Assembly (NCBI RefSeq): GCF_963921235.1
Contig: NC_086097.1
Span: 112,036,001 to 112,100,000 of the forward strand
Reading direction: 5' to 3'
Source: Mobula hypostoma
Taxonomy: Eukaryota
Length of the DNA stretch: 64,000 bases
Both the position numbers and the translations under genes were made by a program. Each line of letters opens with the position of its first letter. The first letter of the stretch is position 1. Positions 47,001-60,244 of this stretch are shown here, one piece after another. The notes beneath the pieces are model-generated. The model saw only the letters and a program-made list of their open reading frames with translations. It had not been told where the DNA came from and ran no database searches.

Positions 47001-48264
47001 TATGTGGGTGGAGAAGCCTTGGAAAGTAACTGCTATACATTTTACAGGTGGCAGGCACTGCAGCCACAGTTGAAAAGGGAATAAATGCTTAGGGTGGCTC
47101 ACATGTACCATCTTGCAGGTTGCTTTGTCCTGGATTGCCAAGCTATTCAGTAATGTTGCTGAACATCCATCTCAACAAGTGGTGAGTATTCTATCGTTCT
47201 CCTGTTTTGTAGATCATAGAAAGGTTTTGGGGATGGCACAGTACCTGACCTTTGAACAACACTGAGAATCATGTGCTTTGTCCAGCTGAGTTTCTGTTCA
47301 ATGATGGGTGGTAATGGTGGTAAAATTTTGCAATGGTTTATGCCACTAAATGTCAAGGAAAGGTTGTTAGAGATCATCATCATTTGGTAACACATACAAC
47401 ATGCTGGAGGAACTCAGCAGCTCAGGCAGCATCCATAGAGAGGAATGAACTGTCAACATTCATGCTGAGACACTTCATTGGGACTGGAAAGGAAGGGAAA
47501 AGAAGGCAGAATCTGGGGGAAGGGGAAGGGTACAAACTGGTAAGCAATAGGTGAAAGCAGGTGAGCGGAAGGTAGGTGGGTAGGGAGGGGGGAATGAAGT
47601 GAGGAGCTGGGAGGTATTGTTGAAAGAGATAAAGTGCAGGTATTTGTATATTACTTGCCACTTATTAGCCTATGTCTGAATCTTGACTTGGCTTTGTTTT
47701 AAGTGAAATAGATAGTTTCATATTCTGTTGTTATACATGGAATTGAATGTTGTGCATTCTTAAGCAAACATCTCCATTCTGACCTTATGGTGGAAGAAAG
47801 GCCATTAATGAAACAATGATGACAGTTGTGCCTAGGAGCCCCTGAAAAGTCACCTGCAGCTAGAATGATTCTCCTCCAACAACTGCTACTATCTTGGTTT
47901 GTGCAAGGTATGCCACCTGACTACTTGAGCATTGTCCTCTCAATATCTTTTAGCTCTACATAATTCTTTGATGCTTGATTTAGTCAAGAACTGACTTTTT
48001 GTCAAAGGCAATTACTTTCACCTCAGCCCTGCAATTCAGCCATCTAGTCCATGTTAGACCATAACTGTGATGTGGGTTGGAAACAAGTGATTCTTAGGAA
48101 GCCAAAACTAAGTTTTGATGAGCTGGCTGTTGGTGAATAAGTACCAATTGGTATTGCAATCAAGGATATCTTCCATCGTCAGGGTTGAATTGCTGCGCTT
48201 ATATTGTGCCACGTTTGTGCAGCTGATAATTTCTACATTGCCAGATAGAAGCTGAGGTTGCAGC

Positions 48265-51200
48265 TCTGTTTAGAAAATAGTCCATGCCTTTATTCTTTCT
48301 GCAAAAGTGCATGACTATGCACTTCTTTACACTACTATATTTCAGCTGCCACTTCCTTGCCCGTTCCTCCAGTCTGTCCAAGTCCTTCTGTAGACACCCT
48401 GCTTCCTCAACACTACCTGCCCCTCTACCTAGCTTCATATTGTCTGCAAACTTGGCCACAAAGCCATCTATTCCTTTATCTAAATCATTGACATACAGTT
48501 AAATAATTTGTGAAAAGAAACAGTCCCAACATGACCCCTGTGACACCCACTAGTCACTAGCAGCTAACCAGAGCAGCCCCCTTAATTCTCATTCTCTGCC
48601 TCCCGCCAGTCAGCCAGTCTTCTGTCCATGCTAGTACCTTACCTGTAATACTATGAGCATTTATCTTAAGCGAATCATGTGAGCAGCTAGCAAAGCCCTC
48701 CTGAAATTCCAAATAAACAACATCCACTGAGTCTCCTTTGTCAATCCCCCCTGTTATTTCCTCAAAGAATTCCAACAGGTTTGTAAGACAAGATTTCCTC
48801 TTTAGAAAACCATGCTGATTTTGGCCTATTTTATTATGTGCCTCCAGGTACTCTAAAACCTCATTCTGAATAATAGACTCCACCATCTTTCCAATTAAAG
48901 TCAAACTAACTGGCCTATCATTTCCTTTCTCCAATCTCCCTTCCTTCTTAAAGAGTAGAGTGATATTTGCAATTTTCTAGTCCTCCAGAACCATTCCAGA
49001 ATCTAGTAATTCTTGAAAGATCATTACTAATGCCTCCACAATCTCTTCAGCTACCTCCTTTTGATCTCTGGGGTGTAGTCCATATGATCCAGGTGATCTA
49101 TCGACCTTCAGAATTTTCAGCTTCCCAAGCATCTTCTCCTTAGTAAGAGCAACAACACTCACTTTTGCCCCCTGACACTTGCATTCATGTCACTTTGCTG
49201 TGGTCTTCCACAGAATAATGCAAAATACTTAGAGTATTCAGTTCATCTGCATCTTCTTTGCTCCCTCTCCTATTACTATCTCTCCAGTGGCCTGATATGC
49301 ACTCTCATCTCTCTTTTACACACACACACACACACATATATGTATATATCTGAAAAAACTTTCTGAGTCCTCTTTTATATTATTGGCTGGCTTACCTTCA
49401 TATTTCATCTTTTCTCTATAGCATTTCAGTTACTTCTGTTGGTTTTTCAAAGCTTGTCAATCCTCTACTTTCCCACTCCTTTTGGCTATATTACATGGCC
49501 TTTATTTTGCTTTCATGCTATCTTTGACTTCTCTTGTTAGCCATGGTTGTATCATCTTCACTCTTAAAATATTTCTTCATCTTTGGGATGTACATTTCCT
49601 GTGCCTTCCAAATATCCTCCAGAAACACCAGCCATTGGTGTTCTGGCATCATTCAGACTAGTCTCCTCTTTCTAAACAGCTTTGGCCAGCTCCTCTCTCA
49701 AGCCTCTGTAATTCCCTTTACTCCACTGCAATACTGATACGACTGATTTTAGCTTCTCCTTCTCAAATTTCTGGGTGAATTCTACCATATTATGATCACA
49801 CCTCCTAAAGGTTCCTTTACCTTAAGTTCCCCAATCAAACCTGGTTCATTACATTACACCCAATGCAGAATTGCTCTGGGCTAGTGGGCTCAACAACAAG
49901 CTGTCATAGGCATTCTAAAAATTCCCTTTCTAGTGATCCAACATCAAACTGATTTTCCCAATCTACCTGCATATTAAAATCTCCCATTATTGCAACATTG
50001 CCCTTTTTACATGCCCTCATTGAAATTTATAGCCCACATTGTGGCAACTGTTTGGAGGACAGTATATAATTCGCATCAGGATCTTTCTGCTCTTGCAGAT
50101 AACTCTACCCACAAAGATTCTACATCCTCTGATCATATGTCACCTCTTTTTAAGGATCTGATTTAACTTTTTTTTACTAACAGAGTCATTCCCTCTGCCT
50201 ACCTTTTTGATACATCCTTGGATGCTAAGCTCCTAACTATGATCTTTCAGCTACAACTCAGAGATGCCCACAACATCATACCTCCCAATCCCTAACTCCA
50301 TTAGAGGATCATCTACCTTATTCTGTATACTGTGTGCATCCAAATATAGCACCTTCAATTGTGTATTCATCACCATTTTTGATTTTGAACCCCTGTTGCA
50401 CTTTAATTCATCCCACTGACTGCAATTTTGCTCTATCATCTGCCTGTCCATCCTCATAGTCTCACTGCACACTGCATTGACTTGTATACCCAACTGTCCT
50501 ATCCTCAGCTCTATTAGTCAGGGTCCCATCCCCCTGCCAAATTAGTTTAAACCCTCTCTAACTGCTCTAGCAAACATCCCAACAAAGGTATTTTCCCCCT
50601 TGGGTTCAGTGTAACCCGTACTTTTTGTACAGGTCATACCTTCCCCAGAAGAGATCCCAATGATCCAGAAATCTGAAGCCCTGCCCCCTGCACCAGTTCC
50701 TTAGCAACATATGCATGTGCCAAACCATCCTATTCTTACCCTTGTGGCAGAGGGAACAATCCTGAGATTATTATCCTGGAGGTCTTGCTTTTCGGCTTTC
50801 TGCTAACTCCCTATATTCTCTCGTCAGGAGCTCCTCCCTTTTCCGACACATGTATGTCATTGGTACCAATGTGTACCACGACTTCCAGCAGTTTACCCTC
50901 CTGCTTTAGAATGCCATGAACCCAATCCGAGACGTCCTTGACCCTGGCACCTGGGAGGCAACATCCCATCTGGGTCTCTTTCATGTCTACAGAATCTGCT
51001 TCCTGCTCCTCTAATGATAGATCTCCTATAACTACTGCACTCCTCTTCTCTCCCATCCCTTCTGAGCCACAAATCCAGACTCAGTGCCAGAGAATTGTTT
51101 GGTGTGGCTTTCTCCTGGTAGCTCATACCCTCCTCCCCCAGCAGTATACAAAATGGTATACTTACTATTGAGGGGAATGGCCACAGGGGTTCTCAGCACT

Positions 51201-51470
51201 GGCTGCCTATTCCCTTTTGCTCTCCTGACAGACCCAGGGTCCTGCCTCCTGCAACTTAGGGGTAACCACCTCCCTGTAGCTCGATCTATCGCCTCCTCAT
51301 TTTCCCATATGAGGCAAAGGGCATCTGCACAAAGAGCTGCATCTGCATGAAGTGCATTGAGCTGCAGCTGTAGTTTGTTAGCAGTCTCTTAGGAGCTGCA
51401 ACTCAATGCATTTTGTGCAGATGCAGTTATGAGGGAGACTGGAGGCCTCTCAGATTTCCCATAGCTCTAG
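48265..51470 (-). mobile_element. Old CR1 LINE retaining ORF1 esterase region, APE and RT
   Basis: VVIGD..CCLPGARVKDVSD..VVVHIGTND (SGNH esterase-like ORF1); YLDAHSIQNK; QHGFLKRKSCLTNLLEFF; KFADNMKLG. Confidence 0.88.
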
Positions 51471-52614
51471 TTATGTACTAACAGAATAAAAAGCTTACTA
51501 GAAACTTACTTGTAACCTCTATCTGTTCTCTCTTAAGCCTGTTGAGTCAAGGTTGGACCAATCTAACACTGTCTCACTCACACAATGGCCACACTGCTTA
51601 CACCTTTTGTTTATTATTGTCCATGAACTATTATACAAACCTGAATTCTATTGTCTCCCCAGACGCTGAATCAGTCAGATTTATTATCACTGACATATGT
51701 AGCGAAATTTGTTGTTTTGCAGCAGAAATACAGTGCAATATGTAAAATATGCTATAAATTCTAATAAGAAATGCACAGTATTAATAAAAGATAAATATGT
51801 AGTGCAAAAAGAGAGTGAAAATACTAAGGTACAGTGGTGTTCGTAGTTCATTGTCCGTTCTGAAATATGGTGCTGGAGGATAAGAAGCTGTTCCTAAAAT
51901 GTTAGGTGTTTGTCTTCAGGCTCGTGTATCTTCTCTCTGTAACAATGAAAAGGGTGCATTCCTGGGTGGTGAGGGTTCTTAATGATCGATGCTGCTTTTT
52001 TGAGGTATTGCCTTTTGAAGATACGATGCTGGTGAAATGCAAAGTATTTCTAGCATTCACTGTTTTTATTTCATGTGCAGACTTTGCTTTTTGAATGACC
52101 GGATGAGGGAGGATGAAGAGCTTTGACCTGACCTGCTGGTTTCAAGACTGCTTAGATCTGCACACCTCATATAACAGGGCTGAATTTCAGATTAGATGGT
52201 AACGATAGATTGAGAGATATAAGGAGTCGCAAGATTACAGATTATGGTGGTGTACCTATCTACTGCTGCTTTTGGTTTACAGTGCCTCATGGATGCATGG
52301 CTTTGAGCTGCCGGATTTGTTCTGATTCTATCCCATTTAGCATGATAATAATGCTACATAACACAAGCATAAGGTGTTTTTTTTTGTATGAAAACCGGAA
52401 CTTGTCTCCACACAGAGTATGAAGTGATCATTCTGGCCAGTGTTGTCATGGTTCACCCACTATTTGCCACAGACCCTGTGAAAAAGTTATGTCCTTCCAA
52501 GCTCACTTTAATGAATGGATAGACTAATGACAGTAGGGGAACAGAATCTCGCCTTTCCATCTTGCAATGCCCATTTAAAAAATGCTTTCACAGTTTAAAA
52601 TAGTTTATAGGTAT

Positions 52615-52985
52615 CCCCCAACCTGATGGCATGAATATCGATTTCTCCTTCCAGCAAGCAAAACCACCCCCTACGTCCTCTATTCCCCACTCTGATATTT
52701 TACTTCTCCTCACCTACCGATCACTCCCCCCTGGGTCCTTTCCTCCTTCCCATTCTCCTATGGTCCACTCTCCTCTCCTATCAGATTCTTTCTTCTCCAG
52801 CCTTTCCCACCCACCTGGCTTCACCTATCATCTTCCAGCTAGCCCCTTTTCTCTGCCCCTGGCATCTTCCCCCCCTTCCTTCTCGGTCCTGAAGAAGGAT
52901 CTTTACCTGAAACATCGACCGTTTATTCTTTTCCATAGATGCTGTCTGACCTGCTGAGTTCCTCCAGCATATTGTGTGTGGTGCT
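52615..52985 (+). mobile_element. Old PLE pseudo-LTR relic
   Basis: caacctgatggcatgaatatcgatttctc (QPDGMNIDFS) matches 10731-10760; ends ctgctgagttcctccagcatattgtgtgtg. Confidence 0.8.
52884..52921 (+). ncRNA. Minimal hammerhead ribozyme in an old PLE relic
   Basis: CGGTC-CTGAAGA-AGG-atcttta-CCT-GAAA-CATC-GACCG: core intact, 5-bp stem I, AUC triplet. Confidence 0.6.
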
Positions 52986-53062
52986 TAAAATACCTTAGTA
53001 CAATCTACCATGCAAAAGTTAACCACAAATTGTTCTGTGTTAAGGAAAGTATGTATACTTAC

Positions 53063-54085
53063 AGAAAATTTTGCTTTCATTGTAATGTTTATTGTAGGCA
53101 GATGGTCCATGTGATGTCGTATTGAATCTGTAAGTAAAAATACTCCACAATCTAGCATTATGAGTATTGTCCAGATACACAGGTGACTCAAGACAGGAAC
53201 CAAGAATCTTGCCATGCTGCTTAGTTCCATTTTGGATAAACATAGTGCTGGGATTCTAATGAAGCTTTTATTCTCTTTTTTAGTTAGTTGGCACAAATGC
53301 GGTTTTCCTGCTTCTTTCTGCTTTTCATCAAATTTCAGGAATTGATTTGTAATAAATACATTTTCAAACTTGATATCAGTTAAAAATTTTCTGATGTAGA
53401 ACCAGGTGAATGACAGAACCAGCAAAAGACAAATGAGAGCTATTGAATGTTTACAAACTCTGGAAAATGAGCTTAACATTGAAATGATGTTCTTAGCCTG
53501 GATCTCTAAGTTTATTGTAGTTTCATTGAGCTTTATTCTTATAGCATCATCATTAACTGTTGAATAAATCTTAAGATCATTTGAAAAATGTACAATAATG
53601 GTTCCTAATGGTTTATATTTGCCGATCCATTCCAAGGCTTCTTTGTACTTTGACAAAAGATATCTGATGGATGATAGCATTCCAACCAAGAAACAATTTA
53701 AGTTATCTACTAATTCCATTAAATTGTGAAAGCTATTTTTGGCACAGTTAAAGAGCACTATGCTGGTACCAGCTGTTATCAGGGCATTGCGGCCTTTCTT
53801 GGTTCCACATGAAATAAGGAATATCAGGACAAAGCATCTGAAATACTTGGAAAGAAACAGAGCTCCAGGAATAACCACAGAAAGGGTTCCAAACACTGCT
53901 AGGGCCACTGAGAGATTGCACTCTAGTTTCTGCAGGCAAATATAAACAATTCCACTAGCTCCTATGCCTAACACAAGACAAAGTGAGATCAGGTACAGAA
54001 TGTTCTTCAAACCAGATTTCCTTTCTGATGCATACACTTCAAAGAGATCTCCAAAAAACTGAGCAGCCATCTTGAGAACAGCCAT
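53063..54085 (-). CDS. DCSTAMP: DC-STAMP (dendrocyte expressed seven transmembrane protein), first coding exon (341 codons)
   Basis: ORF 52985..54085 encodes a multi-TM protein with DC-STAMP-like segments (RCFVLIFLISCG..GRNALITAG, FENVFITNQFLKFDEKQK..GKPHL). Acceptor tttccattgcag lies at 54109-54120, 23 nt upstream of the ATG. Phase-0 donor TCT|gtaagt at 53063/53062 (1023 nt). Confidence 0.95.
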
Positions 54086-54414
54086 TTTATTGATGAGGGA
54101 TATTGTTCCTGCAATGGAAAAATTGAGATCAAATAAAATATCAAGAAATTAAGTATCAATTAAAAAGCACAGCTGAATGTATTAATATCTTGTCAAGGGG
54201 TGTGATAACTTAGCATAAAAAACAGCAGAAATACAAAGACATTCTCCCCAGCTTGCATTCAGCTACCAGTTAGTTGAAAGAGGATTTTTGAATTAACATG
54301 CAGGGAAAGGGTATGTATTTTTTGTGTTCATCCTTTCATAATGAGTTATTACCAAAAACACTAGCAATGGAATAAAAGTAGTGATTGCAATAAATATAAC
54401 CAATACTTAGATGT

Positions 54415-54945
54415 AAAGTCAATGGCTACTTTATTAGTTACCTCCTGTACATAATGAAGTGGCCACTAAATGTATGCGCACGGTTTTCTGCTGCTGAATC
54501 CCATTCAAGGTTCAATGTGTTGTGTGTTCAAAGTTGTTCTTCTGCACACCACTGTTGTAATGTATAGTTGTGTGAGCTACTGTTACCTTTCAGTCAGCTT
54601 GAACAAGTCTGGCCATTCTCCTCTGATATCTCTCTTTAACAAGGCATTTTTGCCTACAGAGCTGCCACTCGCTGGATGTCTTCTTGTTTTTCACACCATT
54701 CTCTGTAATGTCTAGGAGGAAATCCCAGGAGAAAAGCAGCTTCTGAGATGCTCAAACCACCCTGTCTGGCACTAACAATCATTCCACAAAGTCACTTAGA
54801 TCACATTTCTTCCCCATTGTGATGTTTGGTTTAAACAACAGCTGAAGCTCTTCACCATGCTTTTATGTATTGAGTTGCTGCCACATGACTGGCTGATTAG
54901 ATATTTGCATTAAAAAGCAGGTGTACAGATGGCCACCAAGTGTAA
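54415..54945 (-). mobile_element. Tc1-like DNA transposon relic
   Basis: Reverse-complement homolog of 27598-28515 without the SINE. Confidence 0.75.
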
Positions 54946-56539
54946 AAAAACACAACAATCTTGAGCCTTGGATTAATCATCCCACTCCCAGGTGATTGCT
55001 ACAGAACTTCCTTAAAACAGTGAGTTCAGCTACTCTGCCCATGGACCTTCTCCATTATAAGGTCAGTGTGCTGAAGCTTGTTGGTGACACAACACCATTC
55101 ATTTCCATTGGCAATGCCTTGGTAAGTGAAGCACTCACTTTAGCGTGCACAGACTATGCCAACATTTAGTGAAAGTCTGACAAATGTCAATAAATAACTA
55201 AACTGCATAGAGTCATGCTAGCCTGCTCCTTTTTATATTTAATGGTATTACTATAATCTTGTTTCCTTTCATCAACATTCAAGGAATTACTGAAAAATGG
55301 AAATCTAACTGGACCAGCTGCATCAGTATGATACTCCACAGACTTCCCAGGATCTGCAAGATCAGGTTTGGGATATCCATGGATGAGTGTAGCTCTAGCA
55401 ACACCCTAGAAGGTCATACTGGGACAAATTAGATCAGTTTCTTTGAAAATCATTCATTACCATGAGCAAGCACTTCCTTCTTCACTTATATTCACCAAAA
55501 TATGTAGATATTGCCTATAAATTACATAAAGACAAACTCTCTCACAGAATCTCTCTTACAGTCTCTTACAGAACCTTAAAATCCATAACTGTTAACATCC
55601 AGAATGTAAAAGTCATCATAAGATTGCACAGGAAAACCACCATCAACAGGTGTCCTTCCATCTTATGCATGGTCATGATCATGGCCAGTCTAAAATTGGA
55701 CAGGCCATATGCAGTTCCCATTTCCTAAACTTACTTTCAGAGATGCTTATAAATTGTACCAATGGGATAAATAGCCTTGGATTTTGAGGAAGGCATCGTA
55801 TTTTAAATTTACAAATGTTCAGTTGAAGAAACTCAACAAGTAGAGCAGCATTCCTGGAATAAAAGGAATTGCAGCATTTCAAGGCAAAACATCCATATTT
55901 TCTTTCCTTTCACAGACCCTGCAGATTATTCGTTGTTCCACATTCCAGCATCTGCAGTTGCTAGTGTCTAAATAGTTTTGAAATTGATGAGCTGTTTTAT
56001 ACTTTGGATTAAGAATTGCTTGAGGTAAGTTGAATTCATGCATTTCAATTTGAGGGAAACAGGAAACAGAGATGAACATCGCAATCAGATCACTAGTCCT
56101 AACACAGTTACAAAAGCCATCTTGTAGTTATGATGGAGCAGGTTGACTAGCATGCAGAATAGAGCATCAGCAAACCTAACATCCATTGATAATATGATTA
56201 ATCCAGGAAAGCATTAAGGAACATCACAACAAATGAACGATGCTATTGAACTGGAGAAATTAGGGAAGGAGCAGAGGCCATATAGCTGAATGCGCAATCG
56301 ACAAAGTGGAACAATTAAAATTAGGGATATATGAAAGGCCAGAATTGGAAAAGAAGAGGAACCCAGCAGGGTTTGAGATTTAGATGTGAATGGATTTCTG
56401 ACTGCAAATTATTGGCCTTCATCTTTCAGAAATGATAGGTAATTGTGCCATTGATTTCTTGGATTGAATTTGTGCAGAGTTTCAGCAGGTTTCTGAATTG
56501 ATGTATTAGTGTTCAACAATGAAATGTACTGTAACTTAT

Positions 56540-57030
56540 TGACTGCCTGTTCGGCCGTGGCGTTTAGGGCAGGAACGAAGGTCCTCCATCCCTTAGGGTA
56601 CTTCATCATGTCAGTAGCTTTCTTATGGTTTTCACTACTGTCAGTCATGCAAGTCCCAGGTGAAGAGTCAGGAGTACCGTCACACTCAGATGTCAAAGGA
56701 TTCTTCATTGCTGTTTCCGTAGGGTCACCCATGCCAAACAGGTCAAAGGGTAGAGGCCAGACTAAGAGTGGTCCACTGGTCCTCCAGGTTCTGGGTTCAG
56801 CTCGGGGATAACAACCCTGACTTGTAAAACAAAACTGTTATGGAAACAGCAATGAAGATTCCTTCTACATCTCAGTGCAATGGTATTCCTGAGTCTCCAC
56901 CTGGGACTTGCATGACGGTCAGTAGTGAAAACTGAGTAGAAGCTATTGACACAATGAAGGAAGTCCCAAACACCACCAGAGTTGGATGGCCTTCATTGCT
57001 GCCCTAAATGCCAGCAGCAGAACGAGCAGT
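56540..57030. mobile_element. Head-to-head pair of a SINE-like repeat
   Basis: 56540-56721 is the diverged reverse complement of 56840-57030; family copies at ~44530-44705 and ~61885-62275. Confidence 0.75.
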
Positions 57031-57084
57031 GGAGAAATGGGGGGGAGGGGGCAGGGAACATCAACAGTTGAAACCAAATCATCA

Positions 57085-58065
57085 GGTTTACTGATGACAG
57101 AACGGTGGTTGGCCTCATCAACAACGACGACTAGATTGTGTACAGGGAGGAGGTAGAGGGCTAGTAGAATGGCGTAAACACAACAACTTGAGTTTCAATG
57201 TGGACAACACCAAAGAGATAGATGGATCGTGGACTTTAGGAAGGTGCAAGCTGACCGCTCCTCACTGCACATACATGACTCCTCCGTGTAGAGAGTTAAG
57301 AGCACCAACTTTTGGGGAGTGCGCATAACGGACAATCTCACCTGGTTGGTCCCTCAACATTACCTTTTTGGTCAAGAAAACACAGTAGTGTCTTCACTTC
57401 CTAAGAATTTTGAGGAAAATGACGCTTCCTTCCCCCACCAATCCCGATTTTAACCAACTTTTTACAGGAGCACCTCAAGAGTGTCCTGTCCAGCTGTATC
57501 ACTGTATGCTATGAGAAATGCAAGGGATCTGACAGAAAGACCTTACCAAGGATTGCGAGGACTGCTGGGAGGATCATCAGGGTCTCTTTTCCTCCCATGA
57601 GAGATATTTATTTATCAGTAATGCTGTGTATGCAGGGCCCTTAGCGTTGTCAATGATCCCTCCCATCCATCCAAAAATCTCTTTGACTCCCCCCCCCCAC
57701 CCCAAATCCCACCACCATCAGGCGGGAGGTACCGTAATTATCATGAGAACTGTTAGGAAGGGAAACAGCTTCTTCCCCCAGGTCATAAGACTACTAAACT
57801 CCTTGCCACCACATAAGAGATTCATCATGTATGATCATATTGTCTCATCATGTATGAAGTACCAGGAGCTTTATACTGTTTACATTTTAACTTATATAAT
57901 ATATGCACCTTATTATTTGTTAATTTATTTTTGGTTATATTACTTTATGTGTTATGTGTGAGTTATATGAATTATGTTGTGCACCTTGGTCCAGAGGGCC
58001 ACTGTTTCATTTAGTGGTATACATGTGTCTGTTGAATGACTATAAACTGAAATTTATCTTGAACT
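57085..58065 (+). mobile_element. Rex1/Babar-like LINE 3' part, decayed
   Basis: Homologous to 44837-45745; NSFFPQVIRLLN; (AACTTG)n tail. Confidence 0.75.
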
Positions 58066-58880
58066 TGAGAGGGTGTGGAGGAGATTTACCAGGATGCTGC
58101 CTGGCCTAGAGAGCATGGCCTATAAAGATCGGTCCAGCAAGCTAGGACTTCTCTCTTTGGAGCATAGGGGGATGAGAGGTAACTTGATAGAGATGTACAA
58201 AATGCTAAGAAGTGAATAGCCAGAGTCTTTTTCCAGGGTGGAAATAGCTAATTAAAGGGGGCGTAATTTTATCATGGAGTAATGTTCTATGTTCTGTGTT
58301 CTAAGTAGGTTATTGGTTCAGTCATTATTTTCCATAATCTCATCTTTCCCTATTTCTTCAACCTCTTTCAACTCTACGGGCACCCAGTCCTCTTTCATCT
58401 GTTGATTGACCTTATTCAAGCCTCTCTTGCATCACTAATTTTAGTCACCCTACTCATGATGACAATGCCCACCCCCAACCTCTGGAATGAATTCTATGAA
58501 TCACAACTCTTTCCTTCTTTAAGTAACATAAAATCAAGCTTTGGATAATTTATCCAATATTTCCTTATTTAGCTTGGCATCAATTTTTGTTTCATAAGGT
58601 AAAGGATTTTTCCTATGATAAGGGGAAGTTGTTGATTTTGTTGCTCAATTTCCTTTGCTTAACAGAGCAATTCAAGCTGCTTGCAAGATCTCTCTGAGAA
58701 AAGTAAATTAGTCATACCAATTTGTTCACCACAGACATTTAATAAAATTGCTTAAATTGTTTTTACTTCTGCTTTTTCCTTGTTTGTCTTTTTTTTTCCT
58801 TGACCTGTTTCCTTTTAAGGCCTTAGCGATATTGGATTAAAACTAGCAAGCCATCAGCTGATCTTCATATGTAGTCTTAC

Positions 58881-58953
58881 TCCATCAATGTGAATCAATC
58901 AGTAACTGAGGTAACCAACAAGAACACAGGATCATGAGTAAATATGAAAACTT
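58881..58953 (-). other. DCSTAMP: Candidate non-coding exon 1 of DCSTAMP
   Basis: Begins ~30 nt below the TATA-like box and ends at donor GGA|gtaaga (58881/58880). The first coding exon has an acceptor before its ATG, so an upstream exon is required. TSS is estimated. Confidence 0.4.
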
Positions 58954-58975
58954 TTTTGCCTTTCTCTGAGGCTAC

Positions 58976-59081
58976 TTTTTAATACTAGAGCATATTAGAG
59001 ATTGTTCCCAATATGTACCACATGAAAGCTACCCTTGAGGCCATCAGGTGAATCATTCAACTTTAAAGCCAGTTTCCTTTT
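58976..59081 (-). promoter_or_regulatory. Candidate DCSTAMP core promoter
   Basis: On the minus strand within ~105 bp of unique DNA: GGAAA (59073-77), AP-1-like TGATTCA (59049-55) overlapping E-box CACCTG (59045-50), M-box TCATGTG (59019-25) and TATA-like TATTAAAAA (58976-84). Confidence 0.5.
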
Positions 59082-60244
59082 AATTTTTCACCTATCTTCA
59101 CCTTTATTGGTAACCTATGACTTTTAATTTTTCATGCTATCCTGAAAATTGCTACATGTATTTTTGTTGGGGAAGAAATAGCATTGTGTGTTCCTCTAGC
59201 ACTATGAAAGTATCAAAAGGAAAATGAACTTCAATTGTGAGATTCACAGGCTTCCTCGTAAAAGGCTCCTGGTATAAATCTGTATTAAAACTGACATTGG
59301 CATTCCCTGTTAATGTACAGCAAGTTCTTGCTGTTGGCACAATGAAACATAGCAGGTGTGATTTTTGCAGACAGATTTTAAAGGGATATTCCACAATTTT
59401 TTGACATGAAACCTGTATAAGTGCAATACTTTACTCAGTGTAGATTTTGGTGAGAAAGGGGATGATTTCACCATTCCATCATTTAACGGTTTAGTTTAGT
59501 CTCACTTTGATTTTCTTAGCATGTACCAAGCCTGTATCAGCAACTGATTAGCAGTGCCCATGAGATAATCAACTAGAACTGGTTAGTTACTGTCACCCAC
59601 CTCACAACTTGCAGAATCTGGGAATAGAAAACTGTGGGTCCCACGAAAGCATGGTATCTTTCATCATATCGCAGAGTGTGGATATTGATGGGTGATAAGT
59701 GATGATGAGTGATCTATAATAGGCGAGGAACTACGGTGAGATAAGGACAGAAGTATAGCATTATATTTAAAGCAAATGGAAAACGATTTTAAAATGTCTT
59801 GTTTTTTTGACTCCATGAATTAATCTGATGGTGAGTCTACATTAATCTGACTGGTGAGATGGCAAACCAACAATAAAAACATTAATCAAATTCATGTATA
59901 TTTAGTGAGTCATGTTAACATTATTTCTGAGGTACACATGGATCTGATGTGGTCATCCTCTTCTGTTATTAATGCTCTCTAACCTGTAAGTATTGATGGT
60001 CTCATATGTATTACCATGAGATGCAGCTAGATTGGAATAGAAACATAGAAACATAGAAACATAGAATGCAAGTCTTGAAACACTTCATGGAGATACAATC
60101 AATGTATATACACTATCTTATGTATTTGCATTTATTGTGTTTTTTTGTTATTGTGTTTTTTTGTGCTGCATTGGATCTGAAGTAACAATTATTTCATTCT
60201 CCTTACAATTGTATACAGGAAATGACATTAAGCAAACTTGAATC

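Noticed and set aside
52985..53062. C-terminus of the 366-aa ORF (VSIHTFL...)
   Set aside because: Intron read-through past the gtaagt donor; the DC-STAMP-like sequence continues at 41857.
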